Source: Epithemia pelagica
Lineage: Eukaryota > Protista > Bacillariophyta
Length of the DNA: 64,000 nt
Assembly: GCA_946965045.2 (NCBI GenBank)
Contig: OX337241.1
Coordinates: forward strand, 1,550,001 to 1,614,000
Direction of reading: 5' to 3'
This document shows, piece after piece, positions 35,591 through 44,228 of the stretch. Below the pieces are notes generated by a model that did no database searches, had not been told where the DNA came from, and saw only the letters and a program-made list of their open reading frames with translations. Position 1 is the first letter of the stretch. Each line of letters begins with the position of its first letter. The translations under genes and the position numbers were made by a program.

Positions 35591-36348
35591 TGATAAACTT
35601 CTCTCGATTCAACAGGGGTTAGACAGATAGGTAGGATAGGTAAAAGGCTCGCTGAGCCGACAATCGAATCACCAACCGATACAACAATCCTCCACGGGTC
35701 AGAGAAGAGTTGCAAGTCGAAGTCCGCCGTGGGTGGGGGCAGTCGGTCCACTGATAAGAGGTTAGTCTTAAGATGAGTGTTAAAATGGTGATATTAATGA
35801 TTGTGAGACGATTACTAACTAAGGTGGTTGATGGTGCCGAAGTCCTGGCTCTTGCATACGGCCATGGATCTGGTGTGATAGGTCCTCACTGGTTGGAGTA
35901 GACCGGCATTGGTGTATATTGAATGTATAGGGTGATGGATAACATGTATGGGATGCAACAGCTCTTGCTTTGTCGTGGTATAAGTCTTGTCCTGGGCGCG
36001 TTGCTGTTTGCATTCTTGGATTTGTGGGAACAGAGATATGGTCTCGCGTGATCGTGATTCGTGCTTTGATTACATAGACCGTTAGGTCGAATCGTGGATG
36101 CGCGTACTCGGATAGTAGAGGCGCGCACTTGATAGTTTTGGGCGCGCACGTGTTAGGCCATAGTTAATATCCGAGCGGTCGCCGATAACGCGTGCACTGC
36201 GAGCATGCCGTGGCCAAATTTATAGTTTCGCGAGCATGCCGACATTCTTTTCTCACTTTTAGGAAAATGTCATCGGATGCCATAAAATACTAGCATCATT
36301 CGATGAGTTGTAGGTTTCGCCACCTAGTTTTCGGTGAGAATCCTAACA
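35591..36348 (-). repeat. Element C 3' LTR
   Basis: Direct repeat of 43153-43910. Confidence 0.97.
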
Positions 36349-39300
36349 CTCCCCACAATTCGTCGAATGAGGATTGTCAATTCCCTCATCACTTTCCTGG
36401 ATTTTTCCTCTCCAGAATAACAAAGATCTGAGCATGGGCCAAACTGCGGCGAATTCCCAATGTTTACTGAGGATATCAGCTGGGTTTGTCTTTCCATCTT
36501 TCCAGTAGAATGCGACGTATTTTGCAGCGATAGCTTCACGGACTCGATGATAGGATAGGAGATGGTGCCTCTTGGAGATGATTGAGTGTGGTGCGGTGCT
36601 ATTGATAACGACAGAGCGGTTATCTCCAAACATGTAACTCTTCTCTCGTAGAGGGACTCCCAAGTATCGGAGTGTAAGGCGTAGCTCCGTGATCTGATCA
36701 ACTGCAGTCCTTGCGGCAACAAATTCAGATCCATACGTGGCTGTCTCCACTGTGGCTTGTCGCTTACTGTACCAGTCCACGGGTGTACCGTTTACAAAAT
36801 GCAGGATGGCTGTAACTGCTTTCCCAGTAACCATATCATGCATGAGATTTGCGTCGACATAATGTATAGTTGTCACAAAACGCCCAAGTGGGGTTGGACA
36901 GTCCTCAGGGATACGTTCCTTGGCGTCCATGTATACGGTACGACTCCAATCGTATTCTTGGATAGGTAAAGCTGATAAATCTGGCTCCCCAGTGCGGAAT
37001 CTGATCGACCCATCAGGAAGTGACATGAGGTATCCATAGATGCGCTTAGCTCGCTTCAAATGACCAATCCTTGGAGCAGCTCTGAACCTTGATAGAGTCA
37101 TGGTAGCAGGGAAGACATCAAAACGGCCAATGGTAATTAGCCATTGCAGTTGTCCAATAAGAGTCTGGAAATGCTGGATCCCTTCTTCATCTAAAAGCTC
37201 AGAGTCATCAAGTTCAGGATGATCGTTAGCAATGACTGGCGGCTTTGCTTTCTTGGGTTTCTCATTGAACAATCGTTCATAGGTATCCATCATCTTCTCG
37301 ATGTACCTTCGTGGGTCAGACACAAGTGTACCGTCTGGATCTTTGGTATAACGACACCCCAAATGATACTCGATAGGTCCGACTCCTTTGAGTTTGAAGT
37401 TGTATTTTTCTGTAAAGATCTTGCAGACAGCTTCAGGGTCCATGGCAACGATAGCTAAGTCATCAACATATACAGCGATGTATTCATAACAGTCTTCTCC
37501 AGGAGCCTTCTTCATCCAAATATCAGGGTCAGCCTTGCTTGGAGAAAATCCCATATCAATGAGAACATCAAACAGTTTGTCATGCCAGCGAGCACCTGAG
37601 GATTTGAGACCATATAATGCCTTGTAGATGATCAAGATATGTCCTTCTAACTCCTTGAACTCTGGTCCTGCAATGATGAAAATCTTCTCTCCTGTCAATG
37701 CTTCTAGGTATGCGTTCCCAATATCTGCTCCCCATATTTCCATGTCGTTCATGGTTCCAAGAAATATGGCAATGCGAAGGTTGCGAATGGAGACAACCCC
37801 TGAATAGATGGTCTCAACAGGTTCCTTGGTGAGATGTCCATCTGCGACAAGTCGTGCCTTGTGCCTTCCGTCATGCTTGACATCAAAGACCAGATGTACT
37901 CTTATCTTATGATATCCTTCTGGTGCATTGGCCAATTTCCCATTAATGAACTTGGCTTTTCCATGGTCCTTGAAAGTGTTATACGATTGGATCTGTGAGA
38001 GTTCCAATTCTGTTGCGTCTTGCCATTTCGTGTTCCCAAATTGCTTGTCTAGTTCCACTGCTTCTTCATAGGTGCGAGGTACTTGGAAACCAAACTTGTA
38101 CTTGATAGAGCGACGAACTTGTTTGATCCTGGATTGTTTAGCTACTCGAATGAGTCTTTTGCTTGTCTTGACGTATCGCTTGAGATGTTTCCATCCAGGT
38201 AGGTCCAGCAAACCATTTTTCTTGGCATAGATGGCGACTGTGATGGGGTCATCATTTGCAATAAGAGATAGAGGTTCGTATGTCGTCTCCCCAGTCTCCC
38301 AATCAACAAGGACATTATATTTACTCCCTTTATAGTCTGGGTCGCTTGAGTTCAAAGGTCCCTGGTGTGCAATAACGTCTCTGAATCGGAAGAGACTATC
38401 CCCTGTCGTTTGGGCTTGATTATCCCTTTCAATGTATTCCATGAGGTGGTTGTAGGAGATCATCTCATCAACATTGGAGTTAGACTTGCGAAAGATATAT
38501 TTGAGTCGATCTTCTTGTTTGGTTGCATCTTGTTCCAGGTCGACAACTCGTTTGATTACTCGTGCTCGGTGGCGCTCCCCATTCTCTTCAGTGTCACAAA
38601 GGAATGTGCGTCCAACTAAATCGTCGTAGTCAATTGTTGGCATAGGTGTGGATGGGTCTTCACTTCTGCTGCGAATAAAGACAGTGTCACCTTGCTTGTC
38701 AGTGGGTTTATGCGGCGACTCCTCCCCTGAAGAGATATCCACACGAAGATTGGGGGTAGTGGAGGCAACGCGACGGACAGCGGAACGGTAGATGATGACG
38801 TTGTCGGCAGTGAGGATCTTCCAAGTAAAGGCATCACCAACATTGTGGGCAAAACCAACCCAGTGGCCAATCTTCTCGTCGGGAGACGAAGGGTAAGAAC
38901 CGGAGGTAGGTTCAGAAGGGTCGACACGATAGTAGACCTCATCCCAGAAAGGAAAGAAAAGGAGATGGGTAATGTCGGGTGGGGTACCGGTAAGAGCCTC
39001 AAGAGGGGTGCGGCCAGAGTGGGTGGGAGAGGAAGTGTGATTGAGGAGGTCACACACATATTCTAAACAAAGTAACCATGCAGAAGCAGGGCAACCAGAG
39101 GCATTCATGATAGCGTTGGTCATACGCTTAACGGTCTGGTAGCGGTTCTCAGCTTTGTTCTGGTGTTGATGATAGGGCTCGGAACGGTATTCACCAATCA
39201 GAAGGGTGCGAAGAATATCCTTGACCTTGTGGGAAATAAGTGACGAACCACCATCACTGATCAAAGTCTCCATGACACCACGTGTACGAATGTTATCCTG

Positions 39301-42024
39301 GAGGGTATTGACGAATTGCTTGGTAGACTTGATACCATAAATGTCAGTAACCAAAGTATCACGACCAACAAAAATCTGAGCAATCTTGCCACCATGGTTA
39401 ACAGCCGGGGTGTCGGAAAAGATGGAGTCAGTGGCAACGGGTTCATGCCGTCGTGGTAGGTTAAGGATAGGATTCCGGGCCTTAAAATGTTTCTTCAAGG
39501 TATCCTGGTCAAAGGAAATGTGTCCATGACGAGTTGTATGCTTGAACGTATCTGCGATTACATCTTCCGATTGCCATCCAAAGAAAGGGCGAAATTTCTT
39601 CCAGTCGTATTGTTCCTTGTAGAGCTTGTGGACAGACGCATGAAGTGTGGAGTCGTTGCCATCTTGATCAGCATAGATGGAAAAGAAGGAAGGTGTAGCA
39701 GGGCCATGATCATATGGGAGATCAAGGAGGAGATTCAAAGTGCATACAACGCGATCGGTATACTCCCCATATTGGTCATAGGGGTACGTTTCCATACTAC
39801 CATCAGTCTCCACAGATGTCCAGTTCGGTGCAGGGTCTTGATGGGGGTCTGGATGGGTATGGTCAAGTACAGAAGGATCCCAGATATGGGGTGAAGTGAA
39901 CACAATATGCGGATATTTATCCATATCGTCATCAGAAGGGATTCCCAGAGATTGAATGTATGCAAGGCCATCCTTGATTCGTAAGGGCAATGCACGTCCA
40001 TCAAGGGTAGTAATGCGTTGTTTGCCATCAACCTTGACGGATCGTTCGTCGACAGATAGGCCGAAATGTTCAAATTGCGCTGGGGCATGGATAGATAAAC
40101 CCTTTCCATAGTGGGCATACTCATTGAAGATACCAATAATGGGTCCATCACTTGTATCAAACTTGGCAGCACAGGTAACAACTGGAAGGCCAGTCAATTC
40201 ATGATTGTCAATACCTACGATGGTAATATGACGTCCGGTTTTGGCAAGGATGCGCATGTCAGATCCTGCAAGGCCTCCATTGGCACCTCGATCGATGAGT
40301 TGATTACCAGAAAAGGTGGATTTGCGGGAGAATAGATACCGTGACATATGAACCTTTTGCTTGTGATCGGCAGAAGACTTGAACTTGACTTTAGGACTTG
40401 ACTTTGTCGTAGAAGTTGACAAGATGTTGCTGAGGTCAGATGCTGGATGATTGATATCTGTCGATGCAATAGCCTGGTGTACAAACTGGGTAACCGGATC
40501 AGAGGATGTATCGAATGGATCTTGTTCTGGTGCATCTTGATGGGTATCACCAATGTTGTTGGCATCAGGATCAGGGTCCGGTTCAGGATCAATGTCAAGA
40601 GAATGTGTTTGGACCTTGCGTGGAGTTGTCGGGGAATCTTGGACGGATTTATTGAAGTCGACAATGATTTGCCGATCCTCTTCAGAGAGTTTAAACCATA
40701 CATCTCTTGGAAGGCTGATTTTCGACGAAGTTGGGGACTTTTCGGATTGGATATTCGTGTTGTTGATCTGGTAGTCAGGGGGCTCCACTGGTTCAAAAGG
40801 TTCATCCAACTGAAATTCATGTTGCTTTACATGACGACGACGGTTAGACGCAGAAGTTCGGGTAGCTTGGTCATGGTCAAAAGCAGCATCAAGAAGCAGG
40901 CGGAAATATGATTGATAACAGAGAGACTTGGCTCCAGATTTTGTGTTGACAACGTTATCCAAGATCTTGACTCGTCTTAAATCAGGTACTTTTTCAACAG
41001 CTTGCATAAGGAAGGTCATCCTTGTATGGTCATGGATACGATCCGACAGTGGTACAAGGTTATCCAGAAGTCGTAGCTGTTCTTGGAAATGTAGGAGAAA
41101 CTGACGAGTTGTACCACGCCAAGAGTCATCCAGTCGAAGATTCGAAATGTAGCTTGTTAGGCGTAACACTTCTCGCTTAGCTAGATCAGATTCAGTGTGT
41201 AGAACATGGAGTTTCTTCAAGACGGCTCTTGCATCTTCATCATGTTCATGTTCTCGAACGTATGCTCTTCCTTGGTCGGTTTGGATAATACGTACAAGTA
41301 CAGAATAGACAAAGACTTGTTGTTCTCGGAAAAGTAACTCTGCGCATTCGTCATCCTTGGGTACCTTGTAATTGAAATCAAGAACATTCGACAATCCTTG
41401 TGCTTTCGCAGTTGATTTGAATACACGCCAAAACGAATCAAAGTATCGTTCGTCTTTGAATGATTCAAATGCTGTTGCATCTCTTTTGGTTCCTTTCTTG
41501 AAAGCAGAGAGATCTAACATGGATTGAGATGTTGTAGAGGATGTAGTGGGAGATCGGGATGATACGGAGTGTGCAGGTGATTTCAGAGGAGAGACTGGGT
41601 CTTGGTTCATACCAGACTTGGTAAAGTCGGTGTTGATCCTCCAATCGTCATATTGGTCCCTCGTGAGGTTCATCCATGTAGCACGGGGTAGTTTTCCATG
41701 TTGGAGTTGCCGTTGTTGTAGTAACCAATATGCCATTAGTTTGAGTTGTAATCTTGTACTTGTCTGTAGGTCGTTGACTTGCTTTCCAACCTTGTATTGC
41801 ATGAGATCCTTGAGTGTCTCCTCGGGATCAGTTGCAACATGGTCGAGGACATGAAGGATATGTTCAAAACCATGATGTCGCATCCACTTTTGAAGTGATT
41901 GGGCTCGTTCATCATTACAACCAAAGATGCCTTTAGTTATATGGTCGAAGAGATCTTGGTCGGTTATATGACTTGACTTGTCCTCAGGAGGAGTAAACGG
42001 TGTCTTGGGAGGTGTCGCTTCCAT
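36343..42024 (-). CDS. Element C Gag-Pol polyprotein (1893 aa): gag, protease, integrase, RT, RNase H
   Basis: Uninterrupted ORF. LIDRGANGG, IN TDSIF/LISDGG/AENRY, KARLVADGH, YVDD, RNase H YVDAN/YGSEF/FGDN/NPADIL. Confidence 0.97.
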   Translation of the reverse strand: MEATPPKTPFTPPEDKSSHITDQDLFDHITKGIFGCNDERAQSLQKWMRHHGFEHILHVLDHVATDPEETLKDLMQYKVGKQVNDLQTSTRLQLKLMAYWLLQQRQLQHGKLPRATWMNLTRDQYDDWRINTDFTKSGMNQDPVSPLKSPAHSVSSRSPTTSSTTSQSMLDLSAFKKGTKRDATAFESFKDERYFDSFWRVFKSTAKAQGLSNVLDFNYKVPKDDECAELLFREQQVFVYSVLVRIIQTDQGRAYVREHEHDEDARAVLKKLHVLHTESDLAKREVLRLTSYISNLRLDDSWRGTTRQFLLHFQEQLRLLDNLVPLSDRIHDHTRMTFLMQAVEKVPDLRRVKILDNVVNTKSGAKSLCYQSYFRLLLDAAFDHDQATRTSASNRRRHVKQHEFQLDEPFEPVEPPDYQINNTNIQSEKSPTSSKISLPRDVWFKLSEEDRQIIVDFNKSVQDSPTTPRKVQTHSLDIDPEPDPDPDANNIGDTHQDAPEQDPFDTSSDPVTQFVHQAIASTDINHPASDLSNILSTSTTKSSPKVKFKSSADHKQKVHMSRYLFSRKSTFSGNQLIDRGANGGLAGSDMRILAKTGRHITIVGIDNHELTGLPVVTCAAKFDTSDGPIIGIFNEYAHYGKGLSIHAPAQFEHFGLSVDERSVKVDGKQRITTLDGRALPLRIKDGLAYIQSLGIPSDDDMDKYPHIVFTSPHIWDPSVLDHTHPDPHQDPAPNWTSVETDGSMETYPYDQYGEYTDRVVCTLNLLLDLPYDHGPATPSFFSIYADQDGNDSTLHASVHKLYKEQYDWKKFRPFFGWQSEDVIADTFKHTTRHGHISFDQDTLKKHFKARNPILNLPRRHEPVATDSIFSDTPAVNHGGKIAQIFVGRDTLVTDIYGIKSTKQFVNTLQDNIRTRGVMETLISDGGSSLISHKVKDILRTLLIGEYRSEPYHQHQNKAENRYQTVKRMTNAIMNASGCPASAWLLCLEYVCDLLNHTSSPTHSGRTPLEALTGTPPDITHLLFFPFWDEVYYRVDPSEPTSGSYPSSPDEKIGHWVGFAHNVGDAFTWKILTADNVIIYRSAVRRVASTTPNLRVDISSGEESPHKPTDKQGDTVFIRSRSEDPSTPMPTIDYDDLVGRTFLCDTEENGERHRARVIKRVVDLEQDATKQEDRLKYIFRKSNSNVDEMISYNHLMEYIERDNQAQTTGDSLFRFRDVIAHQGPLNSSDPDYKGSKYNVLVDWETGETTYEPLSLIANDDPITVAIYAKKNGLLDLPGWKHLKRYVKTSKRLIRVAKQSRIKQVRRSIKYKFGFQVPRTYEEAVELDKQFGNTKWQDATELELSQIQSYNTFKDHGKAKFINGKLANAPEGYHKIRVHLVFDVKHDGRHKARLVADGHLTKEPVETIYSGVVSIRNLRIAIFLGTMNDMEIWGADIGNAYLEALTGEKIFIIAGPEFKELEGHILIIYKALYGLKSSGARWHDKLFDVLIDMGFSPSKADPDIWMKKAPGEDCYEYIAVYVDDLAIVAMDPEAVCKIFTEKYNFKLKGVGPIEYHLGCRYTKDPDGTLVSDPRRYIEKMMDTYERLFNEKPKKAKPPVIANDHPELDDSELLDEEGIQHFQTLIGQLQWLITIGRFDVFPATMTLSRFRAAPRIGHLKRAKRIYGYLMSLPDGSIRFRTGEPDLSALPIQEYDWSRTVYMDAKERIPEDCPTPLGRFVTTIHYVDANLMHDMVTGKAVTAILHFVNGTPVDWYSKRQATVETATYGSEFVAARTAVDQITELRLTLRYLGVPLREKSYMFGDNRSVVINSTAPHSIISKRHHLLSYHRVREAIAAKYVAFYWKDGKTNPADILSKHWEFAAVWPMLRSLLFWRGKIQESDEGIDNPHSTNCGEC

Positions 42025-42026
42025 GA

Positions 42027-42309
42027 TGTTATTTGGTTGGTTCGATGTTTATTTAATGTGCGGTGTGATGTGGTTTATTTAATGTGTGATGTGATGTGAA
42101 CCCGGATGTACCACGTGTGCCACGTATGTACCACGTATGTGATACCCGGATGTGTGTTGTGATGTGCGACTCCTGGAAATTTCCGTTGATTCCGACAAAT
42201 TTTCGCCGAGTTTCAACAAATTTTCGCCGAATTTTCGCGATTTGACGGGAATGTGTGGCGTGTTGTGCGACCAAGGGTACCCGGATGTGCGTTGAGTTTA
42301 AATCTTGGA
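42027..42309 (-). promoter_or_regulatory. Conserved ORF0-gag spacer of C (putative internal promoter / cis element)
   Basis: Near-identical to 30181-30463. Function is inferred. Confidence 0.6.
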
Positions 42310-42358
42310 CGGAACTCGGTCTTGTGTCTGGTTTGGTGTAGAAACTACGTAAAGTTAC

Positions 42359-43114
42359 TTATTCTTGGTCACTTTCGGCTCGGTACTGAAGACGAGATGC
42401 GGAATCGGTCACTGTAGTGGCTAGTTCTTCAACGTCGTCGTCTTCCAACAAGTGGTTCACACGTTGAGTGAAGAGAGGGTAGATAGTCGCACGGAAATCC
42501 TGGCAGAGATGGATCTCGTGAACAAAGGAGACGTACTCGTCGAGACGAGTAGTCGGGGTAGGTAGCGGATTCGTCGTCGAGTTGACGATCCAGATGGTGT
42601 GGAAGTACTTGGTTGGACGTTCAAAGGAGATGAATCGAATACGGATGGGTTCCACAGGGTTGCCCAACAGGGCTTGGACAATGAAACGGCGTCTCGAGCA
42701 CTGGTTCAAGAGGTCGAGAAGTCGTTGGATGTCCTCAAGGTCAGTCATGGGTTGGACGGACTGGAAATCGATCTCGCGTTCGGTTGTGGAACGGATCACG
42801 TCGGGGTCGGTAGTCGACTCAGTCGGCTCGCGGAAGTGTCGGATATGTGCAGTAAGAAGACGGCTCGTACGTCGGGTGCGAGTAGGGTTCAAACGGCGAG
42901 GCGGGGTCGAAGGTTGAGTCGGGATCGAAGGAGGCTGGACCACTTGGTCCGGGGTCTGGAAGGGATTCGGAGCACTGGCCTGAGTCGGGGTCGGTTTCGG
43001 AGTTTCAATCAAGGGCTCGCCCGGATGGGCCACGGGTGGATGGAGTTCCTCCCCGCTTTGTTGGAAGGAATGAAAGATGTGTCGAATAGAGAGGTTGGAA
43101 TCGTCGTGAGACAT
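42359..43114 (-). CDS. Element C accessory ORF0 upstream of gag (251 aa from MSHDD, unknown function)
   Basis: ATG 38 nt inside the 5' LTR boundary. Homologous to B ORF0. Confidence 0.85.
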   Translation of the reverse strand: MSHDDSNLSIRHIFHSFQQSGEELHPPVAHPGEPLIETPKPTPTQASAPNPFQTPDQVVQPPSIPTQPSTPPRRLNPTRTRRTSRLLTAHIRHFREPTESTTDPDVIRSTTEREIDFQSVQPMTDLEDIQRLLDLLNQCSRRRFIVQALLGNPVEPIRIRFISFERPTKYFHTIWIVNSTTNPLPTPTTRLDEYVSFVHEIHLCQDFRATIYPLFTQRVNHLLEDDDVEELATTVTDSASRLQYRAESDQE

Positions 43115-43138
43115 CGAAAGCTTCTCGGAAATAAACGA

Positions 43139-43152
43139 TGAGACTGTTAATC
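43139..43152 (-). other. Element C primer-binding site complementary to tRNA-Asn(GUU) anticodon arm
   Basis: Plus strand TGAGACTGTTAATC abuts the 5' LTR. Confidence 0.75.
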
Positions 43153-43910
43153 TGATAAACTTCTCTCGATTCAACAGGGGTTAGACAGATAGGTAGGATA
43201 GGTAAAAGGCTCGCTGAGCCGACAATCGAATCACCAACCGATACAACAATCCTCCACGGGTCAGAGAAGAGTTGCAAGTCGAAGTCCGCCGTGGGTGGGG
43301 GCAGTCGGTCCACTGATAAGAGGTTAGTCTTAAGATGAGTGTTAAAATGGTGATATTAATGATTGTGAGACGATTACTAACTAAGGTGGTTGATGGTGCC
43401 GAAGTCCTGGCTCTTGCATACGGCCATGGATCTGGTGTGATAGGTCCTCACTGGTTGGAGTAGACCGGCATTGGTGTATATTGAATGTATAGGGTGATGG
43501 ATAACATGTATGGGATGCAACAGCTCTTGCTTTGTCGTGGTATAAGTCTTGTCCTGGGCGCGTTGCTGTTTGCATTCTTGGATTTGTGGGAACAGAGATA
43601 TGGTCTCGCGTGATCGTGATTCGTGCTTTGATTACATAGACCGTTAGGTCGAATCGTGGATGCGCGTACTCGGATAGTAGAGGCGCGCACTTGATAGTTT
43701 TGGGCGCGCACGTGTTAGGCCATAGTTAATATCCGAGCGGTCGCCGATAACGCGTGCACTGCGAGCATGCCGTGGCCAAATTTATAGTTTCGCGAGCATG
43801 CCAACATTCTTTTCTCACTTTTAGGAAAATGTCATCGGATGCCATAAAATACTAGCATCATTCGATGAGTTGTAGGTTTCGCCACCTAGTTTTCGGTGAG
43901 AATCCTAACA
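43153..43910 (-). repeat. Element C 5' LTR
   Basis: Direct repeat of 35591-36348. Confidence 0.97.
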
Positions 43911-44068
43911 CCTGCACGAGCCCATTCACAGGTGCAATAGGTCAACCAATGAGCCCCGACAGTTGGGTTATATCTGTCGGTTTGCCTTACCGGCTTGGGG
44001 CATTACGCCAATGATCGCAGCCATCTGTCCAGGCATTGGACCGTCTACTTCCATGTTATCGGTCAGGT

Positions 44069-44082
44069 TGGGTCTGATAAAC
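44069..44082 (-). other. Element A primer-binding site complementary to a tRNA-Ile anticodon arm
   Basis: Plus strand TGGGT-CT-GAT-AA-AC abuts the 5' LTR. Loop and stem geometry match a tRNA anticodon arm. Confidence 0.6.
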
Positions 44083-44228
44083 TAAGAAAACCCGTCCGTT
44101 GGGCATACGGAGCACCGTCATGGGTGCACGGGTCATTCCAAACAAAGAAGTGAACTAAAAATATAGGTTACAGAGTCACTACTCCCTATCTTCTCGATTT
44201 TCATACGTACGACATACATACTTTCTTA
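44083..44228 (-). repeat. Element A 5' LTR
   Basis: Identical to 21557-21702. Confidence 0.95.

Larger units (their letters stand above)
35591..43910 (-). mobile_element. Element C: apparently intact Ty1/copia (CoDi-like) LTR retrotransposon, 8,320 bp, inserted in 5' leader of A
   Basis: 758-bp LTRs at 35591-36348 and 43153-43910 (TG...CA, one mismatch seen, 36241 G vs 43803 A). TSD CCTGC at 35586-35590 and 43911-43915. PPT GTGGGGAG at 36349-36356. Confidence 0.97.
21557..44228 (-). mobile_element. Element A: Ty1/copia (CoDi-like) LTR retrotransposon, decayed, host of two nested insertions (5,954 bp after removing them)
   Basis: Identical 146-bp direct repeats at 21557-21702 and 44083-44228. 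GTAT on both outer sides. gag-PR-IN-RT order on minus. Reading frame is restored across the B insertion (WDHCLELE|AYIRSATCH). Confidence 0.95.

Noticed and set aside
35282-44055. Possible spliced leader ORF of element A (MEVDGPMPG... joined via GTAAGG...GTGCAG to MIMVRYYRL...), with C inserted at the acceptor
   Set aside because: The in-frame join is possible, but there is no homologue in the window or recognisable motif to support it.
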